Shown here in pieces: positions 50,064 through 60,469 of a stretch of DNA of 64,000 nucleotides. This DNA is from Guillardia theta CCMP2712 (Eukaryota > Protista > Cryptophyta). A model generated the notes under the pieces. It saw only the letters and a program-made list of their open reading frames with translations, was not told where the DNA came from and searched no databases. The stretch's first letter is position 1. Each line of letters begins with the position of its first letter. Where the stretch lies: the NCBI RefSeq assembly GCF_000315625.1, contig NW_005434624.1:53414-117413 (forward strand). The letters run 5' to 3'. The translations under genes were made by a program, and so were the position numbers.

Positions 50064-50882
50064 TCATCGAAGATCCTCCGCTGCTACATCACTACCTCCC
50101 TCCCTCCTCACAAACACAACATCGCTGCCAGGAGAGTAGACAAGCTCTGAGCGCGGTTCCAGCCCCTCTATCATCTTCACACTCTCCTCCGTCGACATCT
50201 CCCTTGCCATCTCCTGCACGTCCTTGATGTCATAGTGCTTCGCAACGAACCTCCTCCCTTCCTCCTCCTCCTCTATCACAGCTATCCGAATCCTGTACAC
50301 CCATCCTCGCCCTCTGTCCGTCTGCTCCTTCACGAAGAAGCATGCTTTCCCAAGTGCAGGGAGGGAAACCCGTGCATGTAGCTTGATGGATCGCAGGGTA
50401 CCCTGCCTCCCTACTTCCTCCCCTTCGAACTCTCCTGCATAGAGCCGCAAGAAATCGTCGCTGCTCGCCTGCATCGTCCTCTCCTGCACCATCACCAGCA
50501 TCCTCTGCACTCTTCGTCGGACCTCCTGCCAGCTTCTTGCAAGGCCTTTCAAGCTGCTCCCGATGAAAAACGAGCCCGATTGATGGCATGTCCCGCCATC
50601 GTATCCTCGTCTTGCCACGTTTGCGGCGATCGCTCCTCCTCCTTTCTTCACCCGTTCCTCTTCAGCATGCCCGTATGGTCTACGATAGTTTGTGACGTGG
50701 GTTGCGGGGGTGAGAGATGCCGTGGGGATGGACGCAGAAACAGAGTTCCTCGTCGTCCTCGTCCGCATTGTCATTGTGAAGATCGCTGGACTCGTCGTCA
50801 CCTGCCATGCCGCCGCCTCCATCGCCATCGCCATCGCCATCGCCATCGCCATCACTGTCATCGCCATGTTCATTGCGAGCAC
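50064..50882 (-). CDS. Hypothetical protein
   Basis: 272-aa ORF with a coding-like 3' half (FLRLYAGEFEG...GWVYRIRIAVIE); probably contains introns. Confidence 0.35.
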   Translation of the reverse strand: MLAMNMAMTVMAMAMAMAMAMEAAAWQVTTSPAIFTMTMRTRTTRNSVSASIPTASLTPATHVTNYRRPYGHAEEERVKKGGGAIAANVARRGYDGGTCHQSGSFFIGSSLKGLARSWQEVRRRVQRMLVMVQERTMQASSDDFLRLYAGEFEGEEVGRQGTLRSIKLHARVSLPALGKACFFVKEQTDRGRGWVYRIRIAVIEEEEEGRRFVAKHYDIKDVQEMAREMSTEESVKMIEGLEPRSELVYSPGSDVVFVRREGGSDVAAEDLR

Positions 50883-51153
50883 AGCACTCTGAGGCGAAGG
50901 GCGAGCTGAGGTGTGATCCGAGGCGGGCCAGGCGAGATATCCCTAGAGCTGGTCGAGCTTGAAAACGTTTTCACGACTTGTTAGCGAATCAGAGGCTCGG
51001 AGGGTGGAACATCGTGATGAGCCTGAAGTGTCTTCCTCCTCTCGGCCTCTTCTCCTTCCTTACAGTGTGTTTGATGGGATCACAGGATTGACGGGAAGGA
51101 GACACACAGATCAAGAGATGTTTTCGTAGAGGTTCACAGGGTTTTCATTAGAT

Positions 51154-51370
51154 TCACAGGACCAGTAGCGCGAGGTCATGCATGCCTGCGATCAGCTCGC
51201 TGGTCACGTCCCCGTTGGTGGGGAACCTCTCGTGCTTTGTGTGGAGGAGATGGAAGCCCCGCTCAAGGAAGAGGAAGGCGAAGAAGACGTTCAGGAGGGG
51301 ATGCAGCTGGCTTGTGAGGAAGCAAGCAGCTTCGAAAGAGATTTCTCTGCCTGCCGCCCCCAAGATAATG

Positions 51371-51406
<36 letters not shown>

Positions 51407-54400
51407 CCCTGGGACCTCTCCTTGAGCTTTTCGGCATGGAGCTTCTTGAGCCTTCCACAGGCTCCATGAACTCCGCAGCCATTGCCGAGGTTCTCGAGGA
51501 GCAGGATGACCTGGGGAGAGCGATCCAGCTGCTGCTGCCCCTGTAGACGAGACGAGAACTGAGACGAGAAGCCTTCCTCCACCCTCTTGACTGCCTCTTC
51601 CACCACCAGCAGGTTGAATGAGTCTCCACCTCCTTCCCTGGCCCGCACTGACCCATGCACTGCATCGAAGGAGGCGGCGAGGGCTTCCAGCACTTGCTGC
51701 CCTGTGAGGACGACGACGAACAAGGAGGAGGAGGAGGAGGAGGTCAGGAAGGAGGGAGAGAGCCGTCTGGTCGTGATCTCACACCAAGGGAACATGTTGT
51801 CTTGAGCGTCCGCCAGAGTGAGATTGACGTCCATCCCTAGGAAGAGAGCTCCTGCCTCTACCTTGTGCTGCTCCAGCATCTCCTTCATCCTCTCGCACAT
51901 GCTCACAGCCACATACCGCCGTGTAGCGCACTGCACTCCCCTGTCTGCCTCTGCTCCTGTCTCTTTCCTCTCCTCTTCCCCCAGACCTTCTCGCATCATT
52001 GACCTCCAAATCCTCTGATTGTCCTCTCGCAGATCGGCTGCCTTGAGCGAGTCCTTCGTCGCCATGCTGTTGCAGGCAGCAGAAGATAGGTCAGCGAGCA
52101 GCTCCTGCTGCTGATGCCTGCCCTTGCATGCCCGATACCCCCCCATGAGCGCCTCCTCACTTCCGAAGCGACGAAGCACACGAGTTGTCATCTCGGGCGA
52201 GACTTGGTTCACTTGCAGCCTCTTGGCAAGCTGCTCCTCACTTGCTCTCCGCGACCTTGAGCTCCACTGCTGCTGAAGGTGCGACAGCCTTTGGCCTCTT
52301 CCAAGTCCTCCACTCCTATGCCATTTCCAGGTGTACACCTTGCTCAGAGCTGCGAGGAGCATGGCGGAGTCGATGGCGTTGAAGGTCTGAGCGAGCACCA
52401 CGGAATTCTTGTCGTAGTTTCGACAGACGACGCCGCACAAGAACCGCAGCAAGTCCTCCCTCCTCCAGATCACGTCCCTCCTCCTCCTCTCCTCCTCCTC
52501 CCTCCCCGGAAGCACCCGTGGCTTCGATCGATCCGCGGCATCCAGCTCTCCTTCAAGAAGAAAGCAGCTGAACGGGCAGCCTGCAACCCTCATGACCCTC
52601 TCCTGCCTGAAGTGAGGACCCTCCTCCTTCTCTGCTGATCGGCTCACAATATCGTCCACCGTCTTCCTCTCGATGACAATCTGGCAGCTCTTCCCTCCCA
52701 CATCTGGCCATTTCTGCTTCTCCTGTCCCCGCTCCTCCTCGTCCTCGTCCTCGACTTCCTCTTCGTCGGCCTTTCTCATCTCCCCTCGCTCCTGATCGTC
52801 ATGCCGTGAAACCAGAGCGAAATCCCCAACGGTCAGAGTCACTTCCTCGCTTTCCACATTCGCATGCTTCAACACCATGTCGTGGATGCTGCGGAAGAAG
52901 GAGCGGTAAGTTGCGTTCTGCTTTCTCTCGCGTCGATCCACCAACAGCAGCAGATTCGAATCCGGGAGGGAGGACACCAGCCCGCCAGAGTGTGCGGGGA
53001 AAGCAGACGAGGAGGCGGCACTTTCAGAATCAGCAGAAGCACCAGGGAGGGCGGAAAAGGATGAGGGAGGGGAGGAGGGGGAGGAGGTAGTTGCGGCGAC
53101 ACAGGCTGAGGTGAGGGAGAACGAATTTTCCTGCTGCTCCTCTGTGAGGTCGACGAAGCTTTCAGAGTCACTGATGGACACGTGGGTCGCGTCCCCCGCG
53201 CTCTTCTCTGATGCTCGGAAGGAAACTTCTTCAGTGAGATCGATCACGTCCTCCATTGCTGCACTGCATCCTGCCCCCGCTGCCGCGCTGACCTCATGCT
53301 GAGCAAGAACAGTTGCTGTACCCTCCTCTTGTTCTGTGCCTGCTCCAAACTTCAACCTCTTAGCTGCTGGCTCACGAGGAGAAGCTCTTGGAGAAGGAGA
53401 GAGTTCTGCAACAATCACGTCATCCTCATCGGAGACGCAATCATGGATGCTCAACGGTCTCTTGCGGCTCGTACAAATCGCACTGGCGCCCTTTTCGCTC
53501 CTACCCATCAGGGACTGCGAATGTCTCTGTTCACTAGCACAACTTCCCCTCGTAGCACTTGCTGCTGTAGTGTTATCTCTCAACTTTGAGGAGGAGGGAA
53601 GGTCGAATCTCTTCAGGCGAGCTCGGATCATTTCATCCTTCTGCACCCCGGAACTTGGACTCCCTATATCCCTCATCCTCCCTGAGTCAAAATTTTCCTC
53701 CTCACCCCTGAACACATGAGGAGATATCAATGAGAGGCTTGTTCGAAAGATATCTTCAGCTTCGAACGAGTCTTCCGAGACAACTTTGTCTGCATCATGG
53801 AAGCTATCAACGATACCCAGGTGCGACGTAGGAGCACTCTGCCACAAGCACTTACAACTCTTTGAGCGCCATCGCAAGTTTCTCTCACCTTCTTCTTGCT
53901 GGAGGAATGCACAGCTTTCGCCTGCTTCCCCCGTGCCCTCTTGCCCTCGTCCGCCACAAAGTTTCCGTCACGATCTGCGAAGCCGTTGCGAGGCTCAATG
54001 AGTGCATATTGGTCGAAAATCTTGGGATGGAACATCTCTGTGAAGATGTAGAAGCAAACTCTGGCTCCCAGCCTCGTCAGCGCGTATGACTTCCCTCCGT
54101 TGCCAATCCCAACAAACTCCTTCACCATCTTCTTCTTCACAAGATCGTCCTTGGCCTTCCATGCGCCATGGGCCCTCGACCTCCAGTCGTACTCCATGGG
54201 GTTGTCGGTATGCTTCTGAGCTCTTCGCTGCACCACTATCGTTGGCTGAGGATTCTCCTCAGGTCCCTCGTACTCCAACCAAAGAGCCGCGAGGATGGCG
54301 TAGGCCGAGTCTCGGTATCGTCGTCGTCGCACCACGGAATCCTCGGAGATATCGGTCTCTGTGCAGTCTCGATGCTCCCGCAGGACTACCTCCTCATCTC

Positions 54401-54647
54401 CCTTGACTATCCTCGTGAGCACTTGCACGACAGTTGGAGCAAGTTTGGGAGGGAGGCCTACAACCACACCTGCATTCTGCCCTCCTTTCTGCACACATAT
54501 CCTTTTCCTCGATCCCTCCAAAAGGTTCACCGCATCCCTCCAACAGTTCTGATTCCTGTGATTCATACGGACAGCATACCTGTATCTTGCCTGAGCAGCT
54601 TCAATCAGTTGCTCGTGCCAGTCTTCTTTGTTGCTCTGCCTCGACAT
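51154..54647 (-). CDS. MUS81: MUS81-like structure-specific endonuclease (winged helix, ERCC4, HhH) with an extra C-terminal ERCC4/EME1-like domain
   Basis: Winged helix SAYAILAAL...AQ...GAWKAKDDLVKK...YALTRLG; ERCC4 LLVDRRE...LTVGDF...IVIERKTVDDIVS...FRQERVM...FLLEG; HhH LAKRLQVNQVSPEMTTRVLRRFGSEEALMGGY. One 50-nt intron (53839-53888) joins the two ORFs. Confidence 0.8.
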
Positions 54648-55218
54648 CGCCAAGCGCGACGACCGCCTTGTGAAAATTGAACTGCTAAAACAAATGTCAA
54701 CTCTGAACGTTATGAAGTTCCCTTCCAAATTATTCGTTGCAAAACGATTGTGCAAGCAAGACTCGTCAATGCTGTTCTTGTTCGATACAACCTTCCCCAT
54801 CTCTTCTCTTTCACTTCTTTCCTCCTCTCCCTCTTCTCCTGCCCCCCACTTTCTTCCCGCCTTTGCCCATTCTACGGAAGTCTGATTTCCACGAACTACC
54901 TACCCATTATATTTATACTCCCACCCCACCATCGGGTCAACTGGCGATTAGTTAAGTGCCTATAACCCCCTTCACGCCTCATTTTTGTGGGGAAATGAGG
55001 GTACTTGAGGGGTACCCACCCCTCCAGAAAAATAGATTGTTGTTGACCCGACCCCCACCACCTTCTCTCCCTTCACCCTCCTTCTAAGGTTATGAGCCTC
55101 ACAACGGTGCCTCTGGCCGGGGCGGGCCCAATGTAATGAAGGGCCGGTGACCGGGTGCGGCCCGGGCCACGTCACTGAGAATGGGCATGTTGGGGATGTG
55201 GACCGGATCCTGATCAAC

Positions 55219-56226
55219 ATGGCGAAGGCTTTGTTGCTAGCGCTCGCAATGGGGATGATGGCTGAGAATGTGGGAGGCTTCGCCTTGAGCGCTTCATGGG
55301 TATGCCACACAGAGCTTGTTGCTCCAGGTGGACTGACTGCTTGCTTCCTCTCAACCCATTCGCTCTCTACTTATCTTGCCTTGCCCCTCGCCTTCGTGCC
55401 TCCCTTGTTTACAGGTAAAACCGCGGGCCGCGCACCGAGTGAAATGCCCGTCATCCACAGCAGTCTCCCTGCGCAATCCAAGGCCCATGAGAGCTTGCAG
55501 CGGACTGAAGATGACGGGCGTTGACCCGAACGACGCAAGAATCAAGAAGTTCTCTCAGATCCTGACCTCCATCGGGATGTATCCTGAGGACTCAGTCGCC
55601 ATGTTCGATTACGACAGCAGCGAAGCCTCCATCCTTTTGGGCTATGCTGTTGTGACGGGCGAATGTAAGCCAATCGTGATGACGAGATGGGACATGGATG
55701 GATTGGAAACAACCGTGGAAGGGTACCAGGAGGCGTACAGCGACAACAGGTTAGAGTAGCGAAGTGTTGGTATGGGATGATCCAGTGTGTGAGAGTGGAT
55801 ACGGCAGATGTGTAGGTATCATCATACCGGACGAAGACCGCCTCAAGGAGCTCATGGATGCCGGTCAAGGCCTGGAGTCCCGCTGCGGGTTCGATCCTAG
55901 CAGTCCTGTCGGCCCTCGCTTCGCACTGGTAAGTGTCTGCTGCAGTTTCAATGGCATCCTACCGTTGGAGATGCCTGCTCATTGCACGTCACTGACCGGC
56001 CTGTGTCTATCAGGTGCTGAACTCAGACAAGACGGGAAAGGAGCTCCAGGATTACCTGGGTTGCTCAGGGCGGGAGACAGATCCTGTGACAGGTTTCTCC
56101 TTCCAGGTATGAGAATTTCTTTGTTCGTCTCCCGCGCTCCGAGTGCTGAAAGACAGACTCCAGGTTGGACTCCCTGTCGACTGCATTACCTACAAGGAGC
56201 TGTGCGAGAGGGCAGATGGCATGTAG
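55219..56226 (+). CDS. Hypothetical protein with a bipartite (signal + transit) leader, probably plastid-targeted
   Basis: MAKALLLALAMGMMAENVGG-F followed by an Arg/Ser-rich transit-like segment; four short GT-AG introns give a continuous frame. Confidence 0.6.
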
Positions 56227-56342
56227 ACTCCTTGGGCTGAGGATCCGTGAGTACACCTCGAGTCGAATTGTCAATCTGAGCATCGGCATACCGCCCCGAC
56301 AATCGACAGAATTTTTAATCTAAACACAGGGAGAGGGAAGTT

Positions 56343-57419
56343 CTAGTCCAGCGCCTTCTTGAACGCCTCGCTCCACTCCTGACGGGATGGAGTGAAGACC
56401 CTCCTCTCGCGGTTCTTCATGGCGGGGGGAAGCTGGAGGAAATTGTTCTCGCTGCATCCAACGCCATCCTCGCGGAAGGTCTTGCAGCTGACGAGGCTCA
56501 AGATCTTGTTGGCAGTGTCAGCCCGGGTGAGGCACTGAACCAAACATTGCGCCACCACATCGCGACCCGTGTCAGCGGAGTTCTGATCCCTCCGCTTTAG
56601 GCTGATGCCACGAGCCTCCTCAGCATCAAAGATGCGATCGTTCAGTGCCTGCTCGAAGTCCTTGTTGGTGTCGTAGAAAGGGCCTCCCTTGAGGTTTCCC
56701 ACTCGCAAGATCGTGTAGTCGAAGTTGTAAATCTCTGCACACTCCTTGAGCGTCTGCTCCAGGGCTGCCCACTTGTCAAGTTGTAAGAAGGGGTTGAGCT
56801 TCAGCTTCCAGTCGTTCTCACGCTCGTCCACTCCAATCTTCGAGAGCAAGATGAAGCGCTTGAAAGGAATTCCCAGCGCCAGCACGTTCTTCATGGTCTC
56901 AGGATCGGTGGGTTTCTCAACGCAGAGCACGGCAGCAGAGACGTTGGCTGGGATCTCCTCGAAGTAAACCTCAGCCTCGGGAGGAAAAATCTCCTGTTCC
57001 CCATCTGTCTTGTACAGAACCTTCTCCTCGTAGTTCTTGGAAGTCTGGATGACTGGAGTGTACCTGCCATCCTTGGCCATGTGGCGGACAAGAAGCTGAC
57101 CCAGCCGATCGAGAGCCCCGAAGACAACGACCTTGGTTCCTGTGGGTACGGCTGCCTTGTTCTGCTGCTGCAGCGCGAGCAGCAACATCATCTCCTCGCT
57201 AAGCTCTGCACTTGCTTGGGAAGTCGGAGAATCGTTGAGCTGGGCCCTGAGCTGCAGTGTGCTTGTTCGAGGCGCTCGGAGGTTTGTCCTCGAGGCCAGG
57301 GGCTTCTGCCCAGCCCTGAAAAGACCAATTTGAAACGATTGCGGCGAGAAAGCATGAGATGCACTGAGTGATAAGAGAAGGCACGCCCTGGACACTAAAA
57401 TCACTCCCGGATAGATCAA
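56343..57419 (-). CDS. Plastid-targeted atypical SDR/NAD(P)-binding Rossmann protein (NmrA/Tic62-like)
   Basis: Signal peptide ending SHA-F plus a transit peptide; KVVVFGALDRLGQLLVR, RFILLSKIGV, LEQTLKE, DYTILRVGNL and RDVVAQCLVQ; single intronless ORF. Confidence 0.8.
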   Translation of the reverse strand: MIYPGVILVSRACLLLSLSASHAFSPQSFQIGLFRAGQKPLASRTNLRAPRTSTLQLRAQLNDSPTSQASAELSEEMMLLLALQQQNKAAVPTGTKVVVFGALDRLGQLLVRHMAKDGRYTPVIQTSKNYEEKVLYKTDGEQEIFPPEAEVYFEEIPANVSAAVLCVEKPTDPETMKNVLALGIPFKRFILLSKIGVDERENDWKLKLNPFLQLDKWAALEQTLKECAEIYNFDYTILRVGNLKGGPFYDTNKDFEQALNDRIFDAEEARGISLKRRDQNSADTGRDVVAQCLVQCLTRADTANKILSLVSCKTFREDGVGCSENNFLQLPPAMKNRERRVFTPSRQEWSEAFKKALD

Positions 57420-58034
57420 TCAGCAGTGCACTCGACTCAACGTACCAGGTGGAAAGGGAACTCATCTTCATGGTCTCAAGCTGCCTGCATCCCAAAATGG
57501 TCAACAGAGAGAAGATGGGACTGAGCCATCCAAAAATAGGTGCGCATCGTGCCCAGATGTGTTTTCGTGCCTATCCTTCGTTTCTCCGATCATAAATAAC
57601 TATCTGAGTTATCAAACTTGCTGAACGAGTCATGCTCGTCCTTCAAAACATCCTTCCTTTTCTCTTCTCTTCTCACTTCTCTTCTTGTTTCTTCGCCTCA
57701 CATCCCTTCTGTCCCCTCTTCTGTTTGACATGTATACGCCATTAGAACGCCTTGTACCTACTACCCTACCCCTAGGGAGCTCCTGTGCCCCATCGATGAC
57801 CCCACCCCTATCTACTCCTCATCTATAAAAATGTACCCTACCTAGAGACTCATTACCCACCCCTACCCACTTCAGCACGAAAAGTTACTAGTATTGAGAC
57901 CACCCATGCTTGATCTGAAGCAAGGGGGTAGAGAGGTTGTCGAGAAATAACCTTAATTTAATTATAAAATATTATAAATTATTAAATTAACACTAATTCG
58001 ATCTTGCGAAATGGAAAGAGCAGTTCCCCGATGA

Positions 58035-60060
58035 ATGCCGCACCGCCTCCTCCTCCTTCTCCTCCTCCTCCCTGCTCTCCTCTGCTCCGACTACCTTCCT
58101 CCTCCTTCCAACACTACACTTGATGGTTCCCCTTCTCCTCCACCATCCTTCTCCTCCTTCCCATCCTCCTTTGCCTTCTCTACCAAGAGTGCACAAGGGA
58201 GCATACCAGGCCCGCATCATGATGCAGTCGAACGCGAGTCGAGACGGGCAGATGAGCTGGAGCTTCCTCGAGAAGCGTCTCTCATCAACATCATACCAGC
58301 CTTCGAGCCGGGATGGAGGCAGCACGAGGATGCAATCGGCAAGCTCGTAAACATCTCGAAGCAGAGGCTACACAGCAGGAACTTGGGGGTCTTGCGGGAG
58401 GCCCTGTCAGCCATCAGAGCCGGAAGGAGGAAGAGAGCAGCCTCTCAGTTGTCGAGGTATAACTGGGATGACGCAGACTTGCTATGCTTGCGCATGTACT
58501 TCAAGATACTCTCCCGAGTGTTCAAGGAGGGCACCAGGGAAGCGGGGGTGTGTGCCGTGACCGTTTCAAGGCTGACAGCAGGCAACAAGTCGCACCTAGA
58601 TCCTCACAGGACAGACATCAAGAGATGGAAGGAGCAGCAGGTCTTCTTGGATCGCCACGATGCCTCTGGTGAGGAGGCAGTGAGGTCCTACAGCAAACTC
58701 CACCATGATTTCGTAGCTGCCGCCATGGAAGTTGGAAGTCGGGTCGACCGAGCGCACCTTGACGAGTCGCGTTTTCTCGTCTGCCAGCCGACGTTCGGTC
58801 TGGGGAACCGGATGAACGCGATGATGATGTGCATGACGTTGGCGATGATGACGGGGCGAGTGTTGCTCCTGCACTGGAACTGCCTGTCCTGCCATGATGA
58901 GTTGGCATATCCCCTTCAGCCCAGTGATGTCTTGTTGAGAAGCTTCGTGGACTGGAATATCGATCTCCTCCTTCTGCTGTTCGACGATCGAGAGATCTCT
59001 GCGATGAGCAGGGTCGTGGTAGAGCCCGGAGTGAGCGACGGGGCGGTGGGAGGACAGGAGTTGTCGTTGCAGGACATCTTTACTAAGATGAACATCGACG
59101 ACGTTTGGCCCGAGCGGGTGCTGGTGCTCAACGTCTACCGTTTCTACCCCTCCATCTTCGACAACCCCCATGTACTTCCTGTCGCTCTGCCCTCTCACGT
59201 GTGCTGTCCAACTTTTTTGTCCCCGGCCACTTTTATATTTCAACCTCCCTCCAAGCCTTCAGTCACACCTGCTGCGTTTGAAGTCTTCTCCTCCCTGTCT
59301 TTCTGTTCTCACTGACGATCTTCTCCCCCCTGTCTTTCTGTTCTCACTGACGATCTTCTCCTCCCTGTCTTTCTGTTCTCACTGACGATCTTCTCCTCCC
59401 TGTCTTTCTGTTCTCACTGACGATCCTCCAGTACAAGTCTCTCTTTCAACGCCCAGCTGCAGCAGGGGAAGCAGCCCCAACAACTTCGTTCTCTCTCCCT
59501 CCCCCGCCAGCATGGTACGCGCGCATGGGTCTGAGGCTCTTCGGCAGCCCTCCAGCATGGACGAGGAAGACGCTGGAGCAGGCGAGTCGGTTAGTGAGCT
59601 TGCTCGACATGTCAGGAAGAGTCGTCGGGCTTCAGATGCGACGGCATCTCCCTGTCTCCTACGAGGGAGTGCGGAGAGACCGGGAGAGCGCCGAGCAGTT
59701 CGTGACTTGTGCGCTCAGTTTCGCACCCGGCGATGCGAACTTGTGGGTGTTGGTGACAGACAGCGTTGAAGGTTGTGCNNNNNNNNNNNNNNNNNNNNNN
59801 NNNNNNNNNNNNNNNNNNNNNNNNNNNNNNNNNNNNNNNNNNNNNNNNNNNNNNNNNNNNNNNNNNNNNNNNNNNNNNCGATGGGGACGTGGCTCGTGGG
59901 ACGGTCGCTGGGGGCCAGTCTAGCGGTGATGGGAGAAGGGGAATGACGAAATGATTTGAAGTGAAGAGACTTGCTGAAGGTGCTGGAAATGTGGATGATG
60001 TCGCTACTGCCTGACCTCGTCGTCATCACCGAGCAATCCTCCTTCATCCTTCCGGTCTGA
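58035..60060 (+). CDS. Fucosyltransferase-like glycosyltransferase (GT37/GT23/NodZ-type motifs), multi-exon, interrupted by a gap
   Basis: Signal peptide; FLVCQPTFGLGNRM...AMMTGRVLLLHW, VVGLQMRR, WVLVTDS and LEMWMMS...VITEQSSF are GT-B fucosyltransferase motifs. 3' end uncertain. Confidence 0.7.
59284..59423 (+). repeat. Intronic 35-bp tandem repeat x4
   Basis: TCTTCTCCTCCCTGTCTTTCTGTTCTCACTGACGA repeated four times just before an acceptor AG. Confidence 0.9.
59779..59878. other. Assembly gap (100 N)
   Basis: N run. Confidence 1.
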
Positions 60061-60469
60061 CCTGCTGCTGCTGCTGCCGCTGCTGCTGCTGCTGCTGCTG
60101 CTGCCCTCCTTGTCATCCCCTCCTCTCCTTCACTCTTCTAAACTTTGTCATCGTTTCGCTGCTTACGATTCCTACAGGCTTCCGCCTTTTCCCCCAAGCC
60201 AACAGTTGGGTGAGGAGGGGAGGGGAGGGGAGGAGAAGTGTGAGTTGCCCGGCAGATTTTCTCAGTCTTCACTCGCGCCTCGCTGTCGTCTGCTTAAGAC
60301 ATCTGAACCTGACTGCACCGTGAAGGCGGGAAGATACGCTTGCTCCTAGGGGAGAGGAGGAAGAGGAGGAGACAAGAGCTACCAAGAGCTGGGTTTGAGC
60401 AGATGGTGACGTAGAGCAGCTCGGAACAGAAGAGAGGAGGGCGAGTTGGGGAGATTTTAAACATGTTAT

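Noticed and set aside
57953-57990. AT-only imperfect palindrome between divergent genes
   Set aside because: Low complexity makes chance self-complementarity likely; at most a TATA-like or nucleosome-free tract
59284-59423. 35-bp repeats of CRISPR-like length
   Set aside because: Head-to-tail with no spacers, intronic, eukaryotic context, no cas genes
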